From Obrimoposthia wandeli (lineage: Eukaryota): DNA of 64,000 nt. The DNA lies in contig CDROCS010005135.1 of NCBI GenBank assembly GCA_977020255.1, forward strand, positions 62,001-126,000, given 5' to 3'. A model generated the notes under the pieces. That model did not search any database, was not told the DNA's origin, and saw nothing but the letters and a program-made list of their open reading frames with translations. The position numbers and the translations under genes are program-made. Of the stretch, positions 10,967 to 21,676 are shown one piece after another (within the stretch, counting starts at the first letter, position 1; every line of letters begins with the position of its first letter).

Positions 10967-11329
10967 GTGTCTAAGCATGCAGTGAAATATTGGAATGTAC
11001 TTTCAGAATCGAGTCGAAACCGGTGGAAAGCTCTCGAGCAAACCAATGGTATGATCGAGCAAGTGACCCTCAGTAAAGATGATGCAACAGGAGAATATAC
11101 CCGTTTAACTCGATTTAAGTCAGGGGCAGATACGAGCTCATTTGGTAGTGATCACCACCCATACCCTGAAGAAGTCTTTATTATTTCTGGTCGATTATAT
11201 GATCAAACAAATAGGGCGTGGCTTGAACAAGGGCATTATGCGAACCGTTTACCTAACGAAGTGCATGGTCCATTTTTGTGTGAACAAGAATGCATTGTAT
11301 TAGAGATATCGACATCAAATACACTTTGA
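10967..11329 (+). CDS. ChrR-like cupin protein
   Basis: YTRLTRF, HPYPEEVFIISGRLYD, HGPF cupin motifs; AAGGAGG RBS with GTG start. Confidence 0.75.
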   Translation: MSKHAVKYWNVLSESSRNRWKALEQTNGMIEQVTLSKDDATGEYTRLTRFKSGADTSSFGSDHHPYPEEVFIISGRLYDQTNRAWLEQGHYANRLPNEVHGPFLCEQECIVLEISTSNTL

Positions 11330-11452
11330 TTGTAAAACCGTTCTCTTATACCCAATAGAAAAACTATGATCTAAAATACAGTATTAGGGCTGGCAGTGAC
11401 CGGTCCTTTTTGTTTAGCTTTAGTTAACACCGAGCATTAACTTTTTTTTGGT

Positions 11453-12559
11453 TTATATATAGCCTAACGATTGTAAAAAGCGTTCGCCTACCATTTGCCC
11501 GTGTTCATAATCTTCCAGTAAATGATCTTTTTTACTTAACAAAGGACGACTGCTTAGTGACCTATCTGGTGCTATTTGAATTAAATTAACATCATCGGGG
11601 GGATTGGTTAAAAAGTCTTCGACAGCATTATGATTCTTATAATGTGCGATCATAATATCGAGCATTTCAGAGCTCATACCAAACTTAGAGACTTTGGCTT
11701 GCAAAGTGACTAAACGATATAAGTGGTCGTCATCCATCAACCAACGTTGGTTATTAAGCTTATACTTTGTATGTTCATGGTTTTGCTTCAACTCATTGAG
11801 TTTATCAGAGAGTTTTTGGTGAAAATGAATGAGATGATGCTTCTCTTTAAACATTCCAATACGTTTTAGGTAATGGTCCATATTTACTTCGAACTGTTTC
11901 CTTTTTTTCTCAACCTGACTAATGGAAAAGTTTTCACTATTGTTCGTATCTACTCCGTTAATAATCGGTGTAGTACGTATTACGACAATGTTTTTAAATC
12001 CTCTTCGGTGTGATTCGTGCACAGGAATTGCTGCTGAAACACTGCCATCGATCCATTGCTTATTATCAAAGGTGATGTCGTTGTAATACAGCATTGGAAT
12101 ACCACACGTTGCTTTAAGTGTGTTAAGCCATTGGTCGGTAAAAATAGGGTAGTAGTAATCTTGTAAGTCAGATTTATTAGTAAGACAAGCCAGCGCATGT
12201 TTACCATTTTGTAATACATTGGTGGCAGTCGTGAAATCAAGAGGAATAGCGCCATCTTGCTGCACCATATTTAATGCCCAATCTAAATCCATCGGTTGTT
12301 TTTTTCTGATGAATTTATTGAGATTAAAGAAGCGGTCGTGCGTGGTGTAATTCAGTACAAAATTAAAGCCTAGGCCTTGCTGACGAGCAACATACGTCGC
12401 GACGTTAAGTGCCCCTGCTGATGTACCAATATAGAGTGAAAAAGGGTCGAAGTTACGCTCTAGAAATTTATCTAATACACCTGATGCAAAGATCCCTCTT
12501 TGACCTCCACCTTGAACAATAAGTGAAAAGTTGTTCCCATCTAAAAAATTCTGATTCAA
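11453..12559 (-). CDS. Patatin-like phospholipase family protein
   Basis: GGGQRG, GTSAG and DGS motifs. Confidence 0.85.
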   Translation of the reverse strand: MNQNFLDGNNFSLIVQGGGQRGIFASGVLDKFLERNFDPFSLYIGTSAGALNVATYVARQQGLGFNFVLNYTTHDRFFNLNKFIRKKQPMDLDWALNMVQQDGAIPLDFTTATNVLQNGKHALACLTNKSDLQDYYYPIFTDQWLNTLKATCGIPMLYYNDITFDNKQWIDGSVSAAIPVHESHRRGFKNIVVIRTTPIINGVDTNNSENFSISQVEKKRKQFEVNMDHYLKRIGMFKEKHHLIHFHQKLSDKLNELKQNHEHTKYKLNNQRWLMDDDHLYRLVTLQAKVSKFGMSSEMLDIMIAHYKNHNAVEDFLTNPPDDVNLIQIAPDRSLSSRPLLSKKDHLLEDYEHGQMVGERFLQSLGYI

Positions 12560-12653
12560 TCAACTTACTCCATACTGCACGCCCACTTGTTACATCCCAT
12601 ACGCAAAACGTATGCTGTTTTGTTGTGGCATAGTAAAATAGCCCTGCTTGAAT

Positions 12654-12669
12654 ATGATTTAACGGTCAA
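12654..12669. promoter_or_regulatory. Weak RutR-type box upstream of the TetR regulator (possible autoregulation)
   Basis: ATGATTTAACGGTCAA, 7/8 match to TGAC-N6-GTCA. Confidence 0.35.
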
Positions 12670-12838
12670 TCTTAAGCAAGCTTTATTCGTTTGCTGTTTC
12701 TGTTTTTGCTTATCCCGCGAGATACATGTCGCGAGGTGAAAAAATTAGTATCTTGCCATAACTGAGGTATAACACCTTTACAAATCAAAGCGGTGCATTA
12801 ATATGAATTGGCTAATATAAAAATGGAAAGGTCGATAT

Positions 12839-13456
12839 ATGTCAAAAATAAGAGAAAAGAATCAAGATCTTATCATTGAGGTTGCCTGTCGACTATTTGC
12901 CTTGCAAGGATATGCAGCAACCAAAATGGCAGATATTGCAAAAGAAGCAAAGATGCCAAAGCCTAATGTTTATTATTACTTCAGTACTAAAGATAACTTG
13001 TACCGCGCCGTACTTGAAAGTGTTATTCAGCCGTTATTAGATGCCTCTAAACCGATAGAGCAGCTTGATGATCCTGCTGAAGCTTTGACTGAATATATTA
13101 AAACCAAACTGCGCATATCTCGCGACCACCCATATGCATCAAAAGTATTTGCGAACGAAGTTATGTCGGGGGCGAAGTATCTGCCTCAAGACATTGCTGA
13201 TGGTTTATTGGTGCAGTCTAAAATGATCATTGCCAAGTTTGAATCGTGGATAGCTGAAGGTGTAATGGCTCCGTTATCACCCCAGCATTTGATGTTTACG
13301 ATATGGGCTGCAACCCAAACCTATGCTGATTTCAGCTGGCAGATTTGCAATGTAATGGATAAAGCGGCATTGGATAATAATGACTACGCTGAAGCGGCCA
13401 CTTTTTTAACCCAATTTGTGATTAACGGCTGTCAGGTAAAAAGTACGGTGTCATAA
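12839..13456 (+). CDS. rutR: TetR-family regulator, RutR-like
   Basis: TetR HTH plus RutR-type C-terminus (SKVFANEVMSGA, PQHLMFTIWAATQTYADF). Confidence 0.8.
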   Translation: MSKIREKNQDLIIEVACRLFALQGYAATKMADIAKEAKMPKPNVYYYFSTKDNLYRAVLESVIQPLLDASKPIEQLDDPAEALTEYIKTKLRISRDHPYASKVFANEVMSGAKYLPQDIADGLLVQSKMIIAKFESWIAEGVMAPLSPQHLMFTIWAATQTYADFSWQICNVMDKAALDNNDYAEAATFLTQFVINGCQVKSTVS

Positions 13457-13680
13457 ATTGTCTATATGGCTGCATCAAAAAAAAGCTGTGGCCAGAGATG
13501 TCACTATAGCCACAGCAAATGGCTTTATAAAAAGAAGCCATGCCTAAACAAGTACGAATAAGCGGCGCTATCATAATTGATGCATTTTAATAAAAATAAT
13601 GGCAATAAAGTATCTGAGTGATGTCACCGACGACATCGATCTTGTCTATGCTTGATAAAAGCAATAGATAAGGAGTATCG

Positions 13681-14616
13681 ATGGATTTTAATAAGCTGGA
13701 TTTGAATCTATTGCGCATATTGGCAGTTCTATTGGAAGAAAAAAATACCTATAGAGCTGCTGAACGCTTGAATACAACTCAACCGACAATTAGCCGTAAC
13801 CTTGCTCGTTTGCGAGAGGCGTTTGGTGACCCGCTTTTAATTCGTCATAAGCGCGGATTGAAATTGTCTGGCCGCGCCGAGCAATTAGAAAAATCCCTAC
13901 CAAGTATGTTGTCACAGTTACAACTGACTATTGAGGGAGACGATTTTGTGCCCGAAAAACTCTCTGGTTTGTTTCGTATTGCGATGAATGGGTATTTAAT
14001 TGAGGTGTATGGTACTCAAATTTATCAAGCGCTAGCCCAAGCCTGTCCGAATATTGAGTTGGAAATGTTGGCTTACAGTAGCAAAACACATGAGCATTTA
14101 CTATCTGATTATATACAGCTTGGCATTACCTACCATTTGTCTACCGCATCTAAAGCCCTGTATCAAAAAGTGGTGGGTGCTAATGAATTTGGTTTGATTG
14201 CACGCCACGGCGTATTTTCTGAGCACCCTGTGTTGTCACTCGACGATTTTAAAAAACATGTATTTTGTGGTCTGATTATTCCAGGTATAACTGAGAGAAC
14301 CATGTTATTACGTGATATTGTTGGTCCTGAATTTCGGGTTGCGTTTCGCAGTCAGCAATTAAATCCGTTATTGGATGTATTGAAAACGTCTGACTATGTG
14401 CTGGCTGTGCCAGAGTTACTGGCTTTAAAACTCGACCCTTCCATTTTTCAGTTTGTACCTGTAGATTCGAGAATGGTGGCAGCGTATGCAAATGTTGCCC
14501 TGATTTATAATTCGCGTCATGCGTATTCGGATAAATACCTTTGGTTAGAGCAGGTTGTGTTGTCTGTGATGGCTGACGGTGATGCGGCGTTGCAGCAGTG
14601 GCGAACTGAGAAATAG
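13681..14616 (+). CDS. LysR-family transcriptional regulator
   Basis: LDLNLLRIL...TQPTISRNLARLREAFGDPL HTH, 311 aa. Confidence 0.9.
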   Translation: MDFNKLDLNLLRILAVLLEEKNTYRAAERLNTTQPTISRNLARLREAFGDPLLIRHKRGLKLSGRAEQLEKSLPSMLSQLQLTIEGDDFVPEKLSGLFRIAMNGYLIEVYGTQIYQALAQACPNIELEMLAYSSKTHEHLLSDYIQLGITYHLSTASKALYQKVVGANEFGLIARHGVFSEHPVLSLDDFKKHVFCGLIIPGITERTMLLRDIVGPEFRVAFRSQQLNPLLDVLKTSDYVLAVPELLALKLDPSIFQFVPVDSRMVAAYANVALIYNSRHAYSDKYLWLEQVVLSVMADGDAALQQWRTEK

Positions 14617-14623
14617 GAAATAC

Positions 14624-14657
14624 CCAAGGCAAGTCCATTCGTTATGGTTTGCCTTGG
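14624..14657. terminator. Hairpin between convergent lysR and deaminase genes
   Basis: CCAAGGCAA/TTGCCTTGG stem. Confidence 0.55.
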
Positions 14658-14684
14658 AAGGGTGTTATGCGATAAAACGAACGC

Positions 14685-16049
14685 TTAACGCATGGCTAAT
14701 GCTTTTTCAGCTAAGCGTTTCGCTGCATTGCGGTGTTTATACAATAGTTGTTCGAGATCCAAACCAATGACTTGCCCGTCGCTAACTCGCCACTTACCTG
14801 CAATCATCACTTTGTCTGCCTGATGTGCACCACATAAAATCAGTGCGGCTAGCGGGTCGTGTGAACCAGAGAAACGAATTTCATCCAGCTTAAACATCGC
14901 GATATCAGCTTGCTTGCCAACGGCTAATGTACCAATGTCTTGGCGTCCCATGGCTTGAGCTGAACCTTGTGTTGCCCAGCGCAGTGCATCGAAATGACTC
15001 ACGTTAGCCGAGCCATAACGTAAACGTTGTAAGTACAACGCCATACGTACTTCACCAATCATGTTTGAGCCGTCATTCGATGCTGAACCATCAACACCAA
15101 GTCCGACTTTTACGCCTGCCGCTTCAAGTTCGTTATTACGACAAATACCCGATGCCAACATCATATTTGAAGTAGGGCAATGGCTTATACCTATTTGGGC
15201 TTTACCGAGTCGTTTGATTTCTTCGTCATTAAAATGAATGCCATGGGCTAACCACGTTCGGTGGTTGAGCCAACCTACATCTTCAAGGTAATCGACAGGT
15301 CGTAGACCAAAGCGTTGTAAACAGAAGTCTTCTTCATCAATGGTTTCACATAAATGGGTGTGAACCATTACATCTTCATTTTTCGCGATACGGGCTGTTT
15401 CTTTCATCAACTCAGTAGTGACAGAGAACGGTGAGCAGGGTGCGAGGGCAATTTGAATCATCGCGCCGTCTTCACGCTGATGGTATTCACGGATTAAACG
15501 GTGACTGTCATCGACGATTGTTTGCTCGGTTTGAATGGTATTACGAGGGGGTAAACCACCGTCATCTTCACCTAAGCTCATAGAGCCTCGGGTAAAGATG
15601 GCGCGAATGCCTAGTTTGTTTGCCGCTTCGACTTGTATATCAATCGCGTTTTCTAACCCTGTAGGAATAAGGTAATGATGGTCTGATGCGGTTGTACAAC
15701 CTGACATCATCATTTCGACCAGTGCAACTTCTGTGGCAAAACGCATCATTTCTTCATCTAAACCAGACCAAACTGGGTAGAGCGTTTTAAGCCAATGAAA
15801 GAGTTCTTTATTGAGTGCGTCTGGGTAGGCGCGGGTGAGTGTTTGATAGAAATGATGGTGGGCATTAATCAATCCCGGTGTTACCACATGCTGGCTAGCA
15901 TCGACCACGACATTGACATTGTTTTTGGGCTCGCAGCCTAGAGCGACAAGCTCAATAATCGTTGTACCAGAAATGACTATACCACCTCGGGCATCCTCAT
16001 TTGTGCCGGTGTACACCGCTAAAGGGTTTTTAAGCCAGATTGTTTCCAT
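14685..16049 (-). CDS. 8-oxoguanine deaminase (amidohydrolase family)
   Basis: PGLINAHHHFYQTLTRA, LAPCSPFSV, HTHLCET, GLGVDGSASND; purine-cluster context. Confidence 0.8.
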   Translation of the reverse strand: METIWLKNPLAVYTGTNEDARGGIVISGTTIIELVALGCEPKNNVNVVVDASQHVVTPGLINAHHHFYQTLTRAYPDALNKELFHWLKTLYPVWSGLDEEMMRFATEVALVEMMMSGCTTASDHHYLIPTGLENAIDIQVEAANKLGIRAIFTRGSMSLGEDDGGLPPRNTIQTEQTIVDDSHRLIREYHQREDGAMIQIALAPCSPFSVTTELMKETARIAKNEDVMVHTHLCETIDEEDFCLQRFGLRPVDYLEDVGWLNHRTWLAHGIHFNDEEIKRLGKAQIGISHCPTSNMMLASGICRNNELEAAGVKVGLGVDGSASNDGSNMIGEVRMALYLQRLRYGSANVSHFDALRWATQGSAQAMGRQDIGTLAVGKQADIAMFKLDEIRFSGSHDPLAALILCGAHQADKVMIAGKWRVSDGQVIGLDLEQLLYKHRNAAKRLAEKALAMR

Positions 16050-16149
16050 TCATAGTTGTCCTTAGCCATCTCAGCCTTTTCAGGGAAGAGGGTCTTTTTT
16101 CATTATTGAGTGAGTAAACGTGCTTTTTATAACGTTATAAAAAGCACTG

Positions 16150-16159
16150 AGGTATACAA
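16150..16159. promoter_or_regulatory. Candidate GntR operator AGGTATACAA upstream of the deaminase
   Basis: 8/10 match to TTGTATACAA. Confidence 0.35.
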
Positions 16160-16226
16160 CAATTGCTTGCTCTATTTTGCTTAAGAAACAATCAAATTAC
16201 ATTTAATTATTTCACATTATTATACA

Positions 16227-17615
16227 TTAGCTGTTTTTATGTGTTGTTAGTGGCTCTGCTTCTTCATCGAGGTCTGAATCTGGGCTTAGGCTAACTTCTT
16301 CGTAGACTTCATTATCTTCCAGCTCTTCTTTCGTTGAAGATTCAGGCAATATTTGGTGAAGTAGCACTGTAATTATCGTACCCGTCGTGATACCAGAATG
16401 GAAAAAATTGGCGATTTCGTGTGGCAGGTGCTGAATAAGGCGAGGTTCAAAGGTTACCGCTAACCCTGAGGCTAAACCAACACAAATGACTAACGCATTG
16501 CGTTTTGTATCAGCCGCTTTGATCAGCATGCGAATACCGGCGTAAGCAATCATGCCGAACATAACAAAACCAACGCCGCCAAGAACGGGCTTAGGTATTG
16601 TGACGGCAAGTGCCGCTAGTTTGGGAAATAGACCACCAAGAATCAACAAAGCGCCTGTTCCTGCAACAACATAACGACTTGCTACACCCGTAATACCGAC
16701 TATGCCGACATTTTGGCTAAATGATGCTAATGGCATGGCCGTCAGTATTGCGGATAAGGTACTGCCGAGCCCATCGCCTAATAATCCTCGCTTTAAATCT
16801 CTTCCCGTGACTTTTGCATGACAGTTACTGCCCAGCGCCATAAAGTCGCCGGTTGCTTCTGCAATAACGACAATGTACACCAAGCTCATACTGATGATGG
16901 CACCCCACGAAAAGGTGAAGCCGTATTTAAATGGCTCTGGTCCACTGATCCATTTAGCGGAAGCAACTTGTTCTAGGTTAACCATACCCATTGATAATGC
17001 GACGATGTAACCGCCAGCAAGACCAATAACAATAGCTGAAGCAGCAATAGCCCCTTTACAATAAACCGATACGGCAATAACGATGCCCAGTGAGATCATT
17101 GCTAAAAAGAGCTTAGGCAGTGTGGCAAATTCTTCGCTGATGGCAGGTGCATCACCGACCCAATTCATCGCAACGGGTAGAATAGTTAAACCAATAAGGG
17201 TGACAACAACACCGCTTACGACGTTTGGAAATAGCTTCCTGATCTTATCCATATAGAAGCTGGCTATAATCACCACGAAAGAGCCAACTAACGACGCCCC
17301 CATAATGCTACTGACACCGCCTTCTTTACCAATGGATATCGCCACACCCAAAAAGGCAAAGCTGGAACCCATTACAACGGGTAACCGAATACCGACTGGG
17401 CCTATGCCAACACATTGGGCAATGGTCACAATACCTGATGCTAACAATGCAGCATTAATCAGTGTGACGACTTCATCAACGGGTAACCCAATTGAAGTAC
17501 CGACGATTAAAGGGACGGCAACAATGCCACCAATAGAAGCCAACATATGTTGGAGTGCCAGTAAAAATGTTAACCCATGTGGTGGGCGTTCATTAAGTGT
17601 ATAGAGAAGTTTCAT
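16227..17615 (-). CDS. NCS2 nucleobase:cation symporter (xanthine/uracil type)
   Basis: LALQHMLA, RLPVVMGSSF, SFSQNVGIVGITGVASR signature; start ATG 17615 after GAGGG. Confidence 0.88.
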   Translation of the reverse strand: MKLLYTLNERPPHGLTFLLALQHMLASIGGIVAVPLIVGTSIGLPVDEVVTLINAALLASGIVTIAQCVGIGPVGIRLPVVMGSSFAFLGVAISIGKEGGVSSIMGASLVGSFVVIIASFYMDKIRKLFPNVVSGVVVTLIGLTILPVAMNWVGDAPAISEEFATLPKLFLAMISLGIVIAVSVYCKGAIAASAIVIGLAGGYIVALSMGMVNLEQVASAKWISGPEPFKYGFTFSWGAIISMSLVYIVVIAEATGDFMALGSNCHAKVTGRDLKRGLLGDGLGSTLSAILTAMPLASFSQNVGIVGITGVASRYVVAGTGALLILGGLFPKLAALAVTIPKPVLGGVGFVMFGMIAYAGIRMLIKAADTKRNALVICVGLASGLAVTFEPRLIQHLPHEIANFFHSGITTGTIITVLLHQILPESSTKEELEDNEVYEEVSLSPDSDLDEEAEPLTTHKNS

Positions 17616-17814
17616 TGTTATTCCCTCTGTCAATTCAATCCATTTATTAGGAATTGACTGGTTTATGAACAAAGTTTGACCTTCTACAAACTGCGTAGCG
17701 TCAATAGAGTTTCTGATTAGGTTCGTATTTCTATTCTGAGTGATGCGGTTTAAGGTGTAATAACGTCGACAGCCCTTAAATAGGGTGTACCAATCTAAAT
17801 ATGTGTCTGATCAG

Positions 17815-19164
17815 TTAGCCGATATACACTAACTTAGCGACAAAAATAGCGGTTAACGCATACATGCTAATTGAGACTTCTTTGGTTTTACCTGTTGCCA
17901 GTTTTAGTACGGTGTAGGTAATGAAGCCCAGCGCAATACCATTTGCGATTGAAAAGGTAAGAGGCATCATGAGTGCCGTAATGGCAGCGGGTGCTGAATC
18001 GGTAAATTCTTTCCAGTTAATATGTTGCATGCTGCTCATCATCACGAAGGCAACGTAAATTAATGCCCCTGATGTTGCGTAGGCTGGAATCATGCTAGCT
18101 AAAGGTGATAAGAAAATAGCAGCGACAAACAGCAGTGAAATTACAACCGCAGATAAACCTGTTCGACCGCCTGCGGCAACACCCGCAGCACTTTCAACAT
18201 AGCTGGTAACGGGGGGGCAACCCACACATGCACCTGCAACACTTGCAATACTGTCGGCTTTCAGTGCTTTACTTAACCCTTCAATTTTACCTGTGTCTTT
18301 ATTGATTAAGTTGGCACGATCTGCCACGCCCATTAGTGTGCCTGCGGTATCGAACATGTTGACGAATAAGAAAGCTAAAATAACACTGACCATCGAAATA
18401 TTGAGCGCGCCCTGAATGTCCATTGCAAAGAGGGTGGGTGCAATACTTGGCGGAGCTGCAAAAACACCTTGGTACTGAACGATACCTAACATCATGCCAA
18501 CCAGTGTGACGCCAATAATACCGATAAGAACAGCACCAAACACTTTACGTTCACTCAGTACTGCAATAATAAGGAAACAAATTGCAGCTAATAGCGCATC
18601 GGGCTGGGTGAAGTCACCCAGTGATACTAATGTCGCAGGGTTATCGACGACAATACCCGCCGTTTTCAAGCCGATTAATCCAAGGAATAAACCAACACCA
18701 GCAGTCATCGAATAGCGTAGGCTCTCAGGTATACTCTCTATTATCCATTCACGAACTTTATAGAAGCTCATGCCAACAAAGAGTATGCCTGAAATAAAGA
18801 CCGCCCCCAGTGCAACTTCCCAGCTATAACCCATTTCGCCAACAACAGTAAAAGAGAAAAATGCATTTAAGCCCATGCCCGGTGCGAGACCGACAGGCCA
18901 ATTAGCAAATAATCCCATTAATAGTGTTCCAAATGCAGCACCTATACAGGTTGCAACAAATACAGCGCCGGGATCCATACCCGTCGCTGCCATAATGCTG
19001 GGGTTTACAAAAATAATATAAGCCATTGTTGCAAAAGTAGTAATGCCGCCTATTAATTCGTTTTTAACATTGGTTCCATGTTCTTTTAATTTAAAAAATT
19101 TTTCTAAAAAAGAGGACGATATACCTTCCTTACTGTGTAGCCCTTCTACTTTGGTATTGTTCAT
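17815..19164 (-). CDS. NCS2 family AzgA-type guanine/hypoxanthine permease
   Basis: TTFATMAYIIFVNP, LAPGMGLNAFF, FDTAGTL, SYVESAAGVAAGGRTG motifs. Confidence 0.9.
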   Translation of the reverse strand: MNNTKVEGLHSKEGISSSFLEKFFKLKEHGTNVKNELIGGITTFATMAYIIFVNPSIMAATGMDPGAVFVATCIGAAFGTLLMGLFANWPVGLAPGMGLNAFFSFTVVGEMGYSWEVALGAVFISGILFVGMSFYKVREWIIESIPESLRYSMTAGVGLFLGLIGLKTAGIVVDNPATLVSLGDFTQPDALLAAICFLIIAVLSERKVFGAVLIGIIGVTLVGMMLGIVQYQGVFAAPPSIAPTLFAMDIQGALNISMVSVILAFLFVNMFDTAGTLMGVADRANLINKDTGKIEGLSKALKADSIASVAGACVGCPPVTSYVESAAGVAAGGRTGLSAVVISLLFVAAIFLSPLASMIPAYATSGALIYVAFVMMSSMQHINWKEFTDSAPAAITALMMPLTFSIANGIALGFITYTVLKLATGKTKEVSISMYALTAIFVAKLVYIG

Positions 19165-19415
19165 TATGAATCTTCCTTTTCCATTTATTTTAGTTCATTG
19201 ATTTATCTAAATAACGATCGTTATTTTTTGATTTGTCAAGATTTATACCAGCTTGAGTTTATTAATTTCATAAATGTTATTTTTAATGGTAATAAAGATA
19301 AGTTAATTTATATAAGCTACTTATATTTTGGATTTTATTTCAATGTTAAAAATAAAGTGAGAGAAAGCGCAATGGAATATAAAGCAGAGCACCTTATGGC
19401 TTAAAGGCTACGTTA

Positions 19416-19769
19416 TTAACTGCCTCTATAAGTAGAGAAACTATAAGGCGAGACTAATAAAGGCACATGGTAATGTGCATGGGTATCTGCAATACCAAAA
19501 CGTATAACAACATCATCAAGAAAAGGCACATCAGGCAGCTCTACACCGCGTAACATAAAGTACGGTGCGGTATGGAACACTAATTGATATTTACCGATGG
19601 CAAATTCTTCCGTGTCGAGAATTGGACTATCTGTACGCCCATCGGTATTGGTAAATACGGTTTTTAACAGATCCAGTGAAGAACCGTTAACACGATACAG
19701 TTCTACTTTTATCTCTGCCCCTGGAACACCGTTTGCCGTGTCTAGAATGTGTGTTGTTAATCTGCCCAT
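19416..19769 (-). CDS. uraH: 5-hydroxyisourate hydrolase
   Basis: [31 protein letters not shown]-terminal signature. Confidence 0.95.
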   Translation of the reverse strand: MGRLTTHILDTANGVPGAEIKVELYRVNGSSLDLLKTVFTNTDGRTDSPILDTEEFAIGKYQLVFHTAPYFMLRGVELPDVPFLDDVVIRFGIADTHAHYHVPLLVSPYSFSTYRGS

Positions 19770-19824
19770 TTTATATTTAGCGCTATGCGCTCTCCTAAAT
19801 GATTGTTTCTAAGTTTTACTAACT

Positions 19825-19834
19825 ATGTACACAA
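19825..19834. promoter_or_regulatory. Candidate GntR operator upstream of uraH
   Basis: ATGTACACAA (reverse complement TTGTGTACAT). Confidence 0.4.
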
Positions 19835-19991
19835 TTCTACTGATAGTAAAGTGCATTGTGATAAAAATGTTAATTGAATTCGTGTGGCCTTTATCGCTAT
19901 AGCCTGTCTGATGCGTGATGGATAAAGGCTTCTTAGCCTTTACCTGCGCTATAATTAACATTTGAAACATTTATTTTACATTTGACTTGTA

Positions 19992-20005
19992 GATTGTATA
20001 CAATC
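19992..20005. promoter_or_regulatory. Candidate GntR operator in the uraH/puuE divergent region
   Basis: Perfect 14-bp palindrome GATTGTATACAATC. Confidence 0.65.
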
Positions 20006-20140
20006 CATGGTACAAATTTAAACCATAAGATGTAAAAAGAAAAAACAGATTCAGAAACGTGCTCAAACTATTTACTCGAAATAGTGTTTGGCTACATGCA
20101 GCAGTGAGTTCACGTTGGTATTTTTTTAAGGAGTCTCTCG

Positions 20141-21064
20141 ATGAGTAATGACTATCCCCGTAATCTCGTTGGTTATGGTTCCATACCACCGCACCCACAT
20201 TGGCCAAATGACGCACGCATCGCTGTTTCATTTGTATTGAATTATGAAGAAGGTGGTGAGCGTTGTATTTTGCACGGTGATTCAGAGTCTGAAGCATTCT
20301 TATCAGAAATCCCTGCCGCTCAACCGTTTGCTGGCGAACGCCATATGAGCATGGAATCAATCTATGAATATGGTAGCCGTGCTGGAGTATGGCGAGTATT
20401 ACGACTGTTTAAGCAATACGATATTCCACTCACCGTATTTGCTGTCGCCATGGCATTAGAACGTCACCCTGATGTAGCTAAAGCGATGGTTGAAGCCAAA
20501 CATGAAATTTGCAGCCATGGCTATCGTTGGATTGATTATAAACATATGGATTACTCGGAAGAGCGTGATCATATGTATAAAGCCATCGAGATCATTCAAC
20601 GTATTACGGGTGAGCGCCCATTGGGTTGGTATACCGGTCGTACAGGGGTAAATACCCGAAAAATTGTGGCTGAAGAAGGTGGCTTCTTATATGACTCTGA
20701 TGCTTACGATGACGATCTACCGTATTGGCATGAAGAGGGCAGCAAACCGCAATTGGTTATTCCTTATACCCTTGATGTGAACGATATGCGTTTTGCCACC
20801 GTACAAGGTTTTAATTCTGGCGAACAGTTTTTCCAGTACCTAAAAGATACGTTCGATACCTTATATGAAGAAGGTGAAACAGCCCCAAAGATGATGTCGG
20901 TGGGATTACATTGCCGTCTGATTGGTCGCCCTGGTCGAATTGCTGCTCTTAAGCGTTTTCTCGAGTATGTACAACAACACGACAAAGTGTGGCTTTGTCG
21001 TCGTGTCGATATTGCGAAGCATTGGCATGAACATCATCCCCATCCAAGTATGAAGGAATGTTAA
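20141..21064 (+). CDS. puuE: Allantoinase PuuE (polysaccharide deacetylase fold)
   Basis: YPRNLVGYG, NYEEGGE, ESIYEYGSRAG, HGYRW, HCRLIGRPGR motifs. Confidence 0.93.
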   Translation: MSNDYPRNLVGYGSIPPHPHWPNDARIAVSFVLNYEEGGERCILHGDSESEAFLSEIPAAQPFAGERHMSMESIYEYGSRAGVWRVLRLFKQYDIPLTVFAVAMALERHPDVAKAMVEAKHEICSHGYRWIDYKHMDYSEERDHMYKAIEIIQRITGERPLGWYTGRTGVNTRKIVAEEGGFLYDSDAYDDDLPYWHEEGSKPQLVIPYTLDVNDMRFATVQGFNSGEQFFQYLKDTFDTLYEEGETAPKMMSVGLHCRLIGRPGRIAALKRFLEYVQQHDKVWLCRRVDIAKHWHEHHPHPSMKEC

Positions 21065-21066
21065 GC

Positions 21067-21582
21067 ATGGTAGGTTTTTCACATTGTCAGCCAACGACAA
21101 TGAATCGTAGTGATTTTGTCGCTCACTTCGCCGATGTTTATGAGCATAGCCCTTGGGTCGCTGAATCTGTTTTTGATGCAGTATTAACCAAGCAAGATGA
21201 TGACATTGAATCATTGCATCAACGTATGGCCGCTATTTTATTAGCAGCAAGCAAAGAGAAACAACTCGCGTTAATTAATGCTCACCCTGATTTAGCTGGC
21301 CGAGCAGCCGTGAATGGTGAATTGACCGAGGCGTCAACTTCTGAACAAGCTGGTGCCGGTATTGATAAATGCTCTGCTGAAGAGTTTGAGCGGTTCACGC
21401 ATTGTAATAACCGCTATAAAAGCCGTTTTAACTTCCCTTTCATCATGGCCGTTAAAGGTGCTAATCGTTATCAAATTCTTGAATCTTTCGAAGCACGGCT
21501 TGATAACGATACTGAAACTGAATTTGCCAAGGCGATAGAAGAGATCAATAAAATTGCTCTTTTTCGTCTGCGAGATATGTAA
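21067..21582 (+). CDS. uraD: OHCU decarboxylase
   Basis: VYEHSPWVA, INAHPDLAG, STSEQAGAG, FNFPFIMAVKG; start could be 21058. Confidence 0.92.
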   Translation: MVGFSHCQPTTMNRSDFVAHFADVYEHSPWVAESVFDAVLTKQDDDIESLHQRMAAILLAASKEKQLALINAHPDLAGRAAVNGELTEASTSEQAGAGIDKCSAEEFERFTHCNNRYKSRFNFPFIMAVKGANRYQILESFEARLDNDTETEFAKAIEEINKIALFRLRDM

Positions 21583-21676
21583 GTTAAGAAAACAACGACT
21601 TCGCATTTTTGTGTTACCGATGAAGAATCGAAGCAATGAATAGCACTCTTATTTTTTATGGACTTAATTAAACAGG

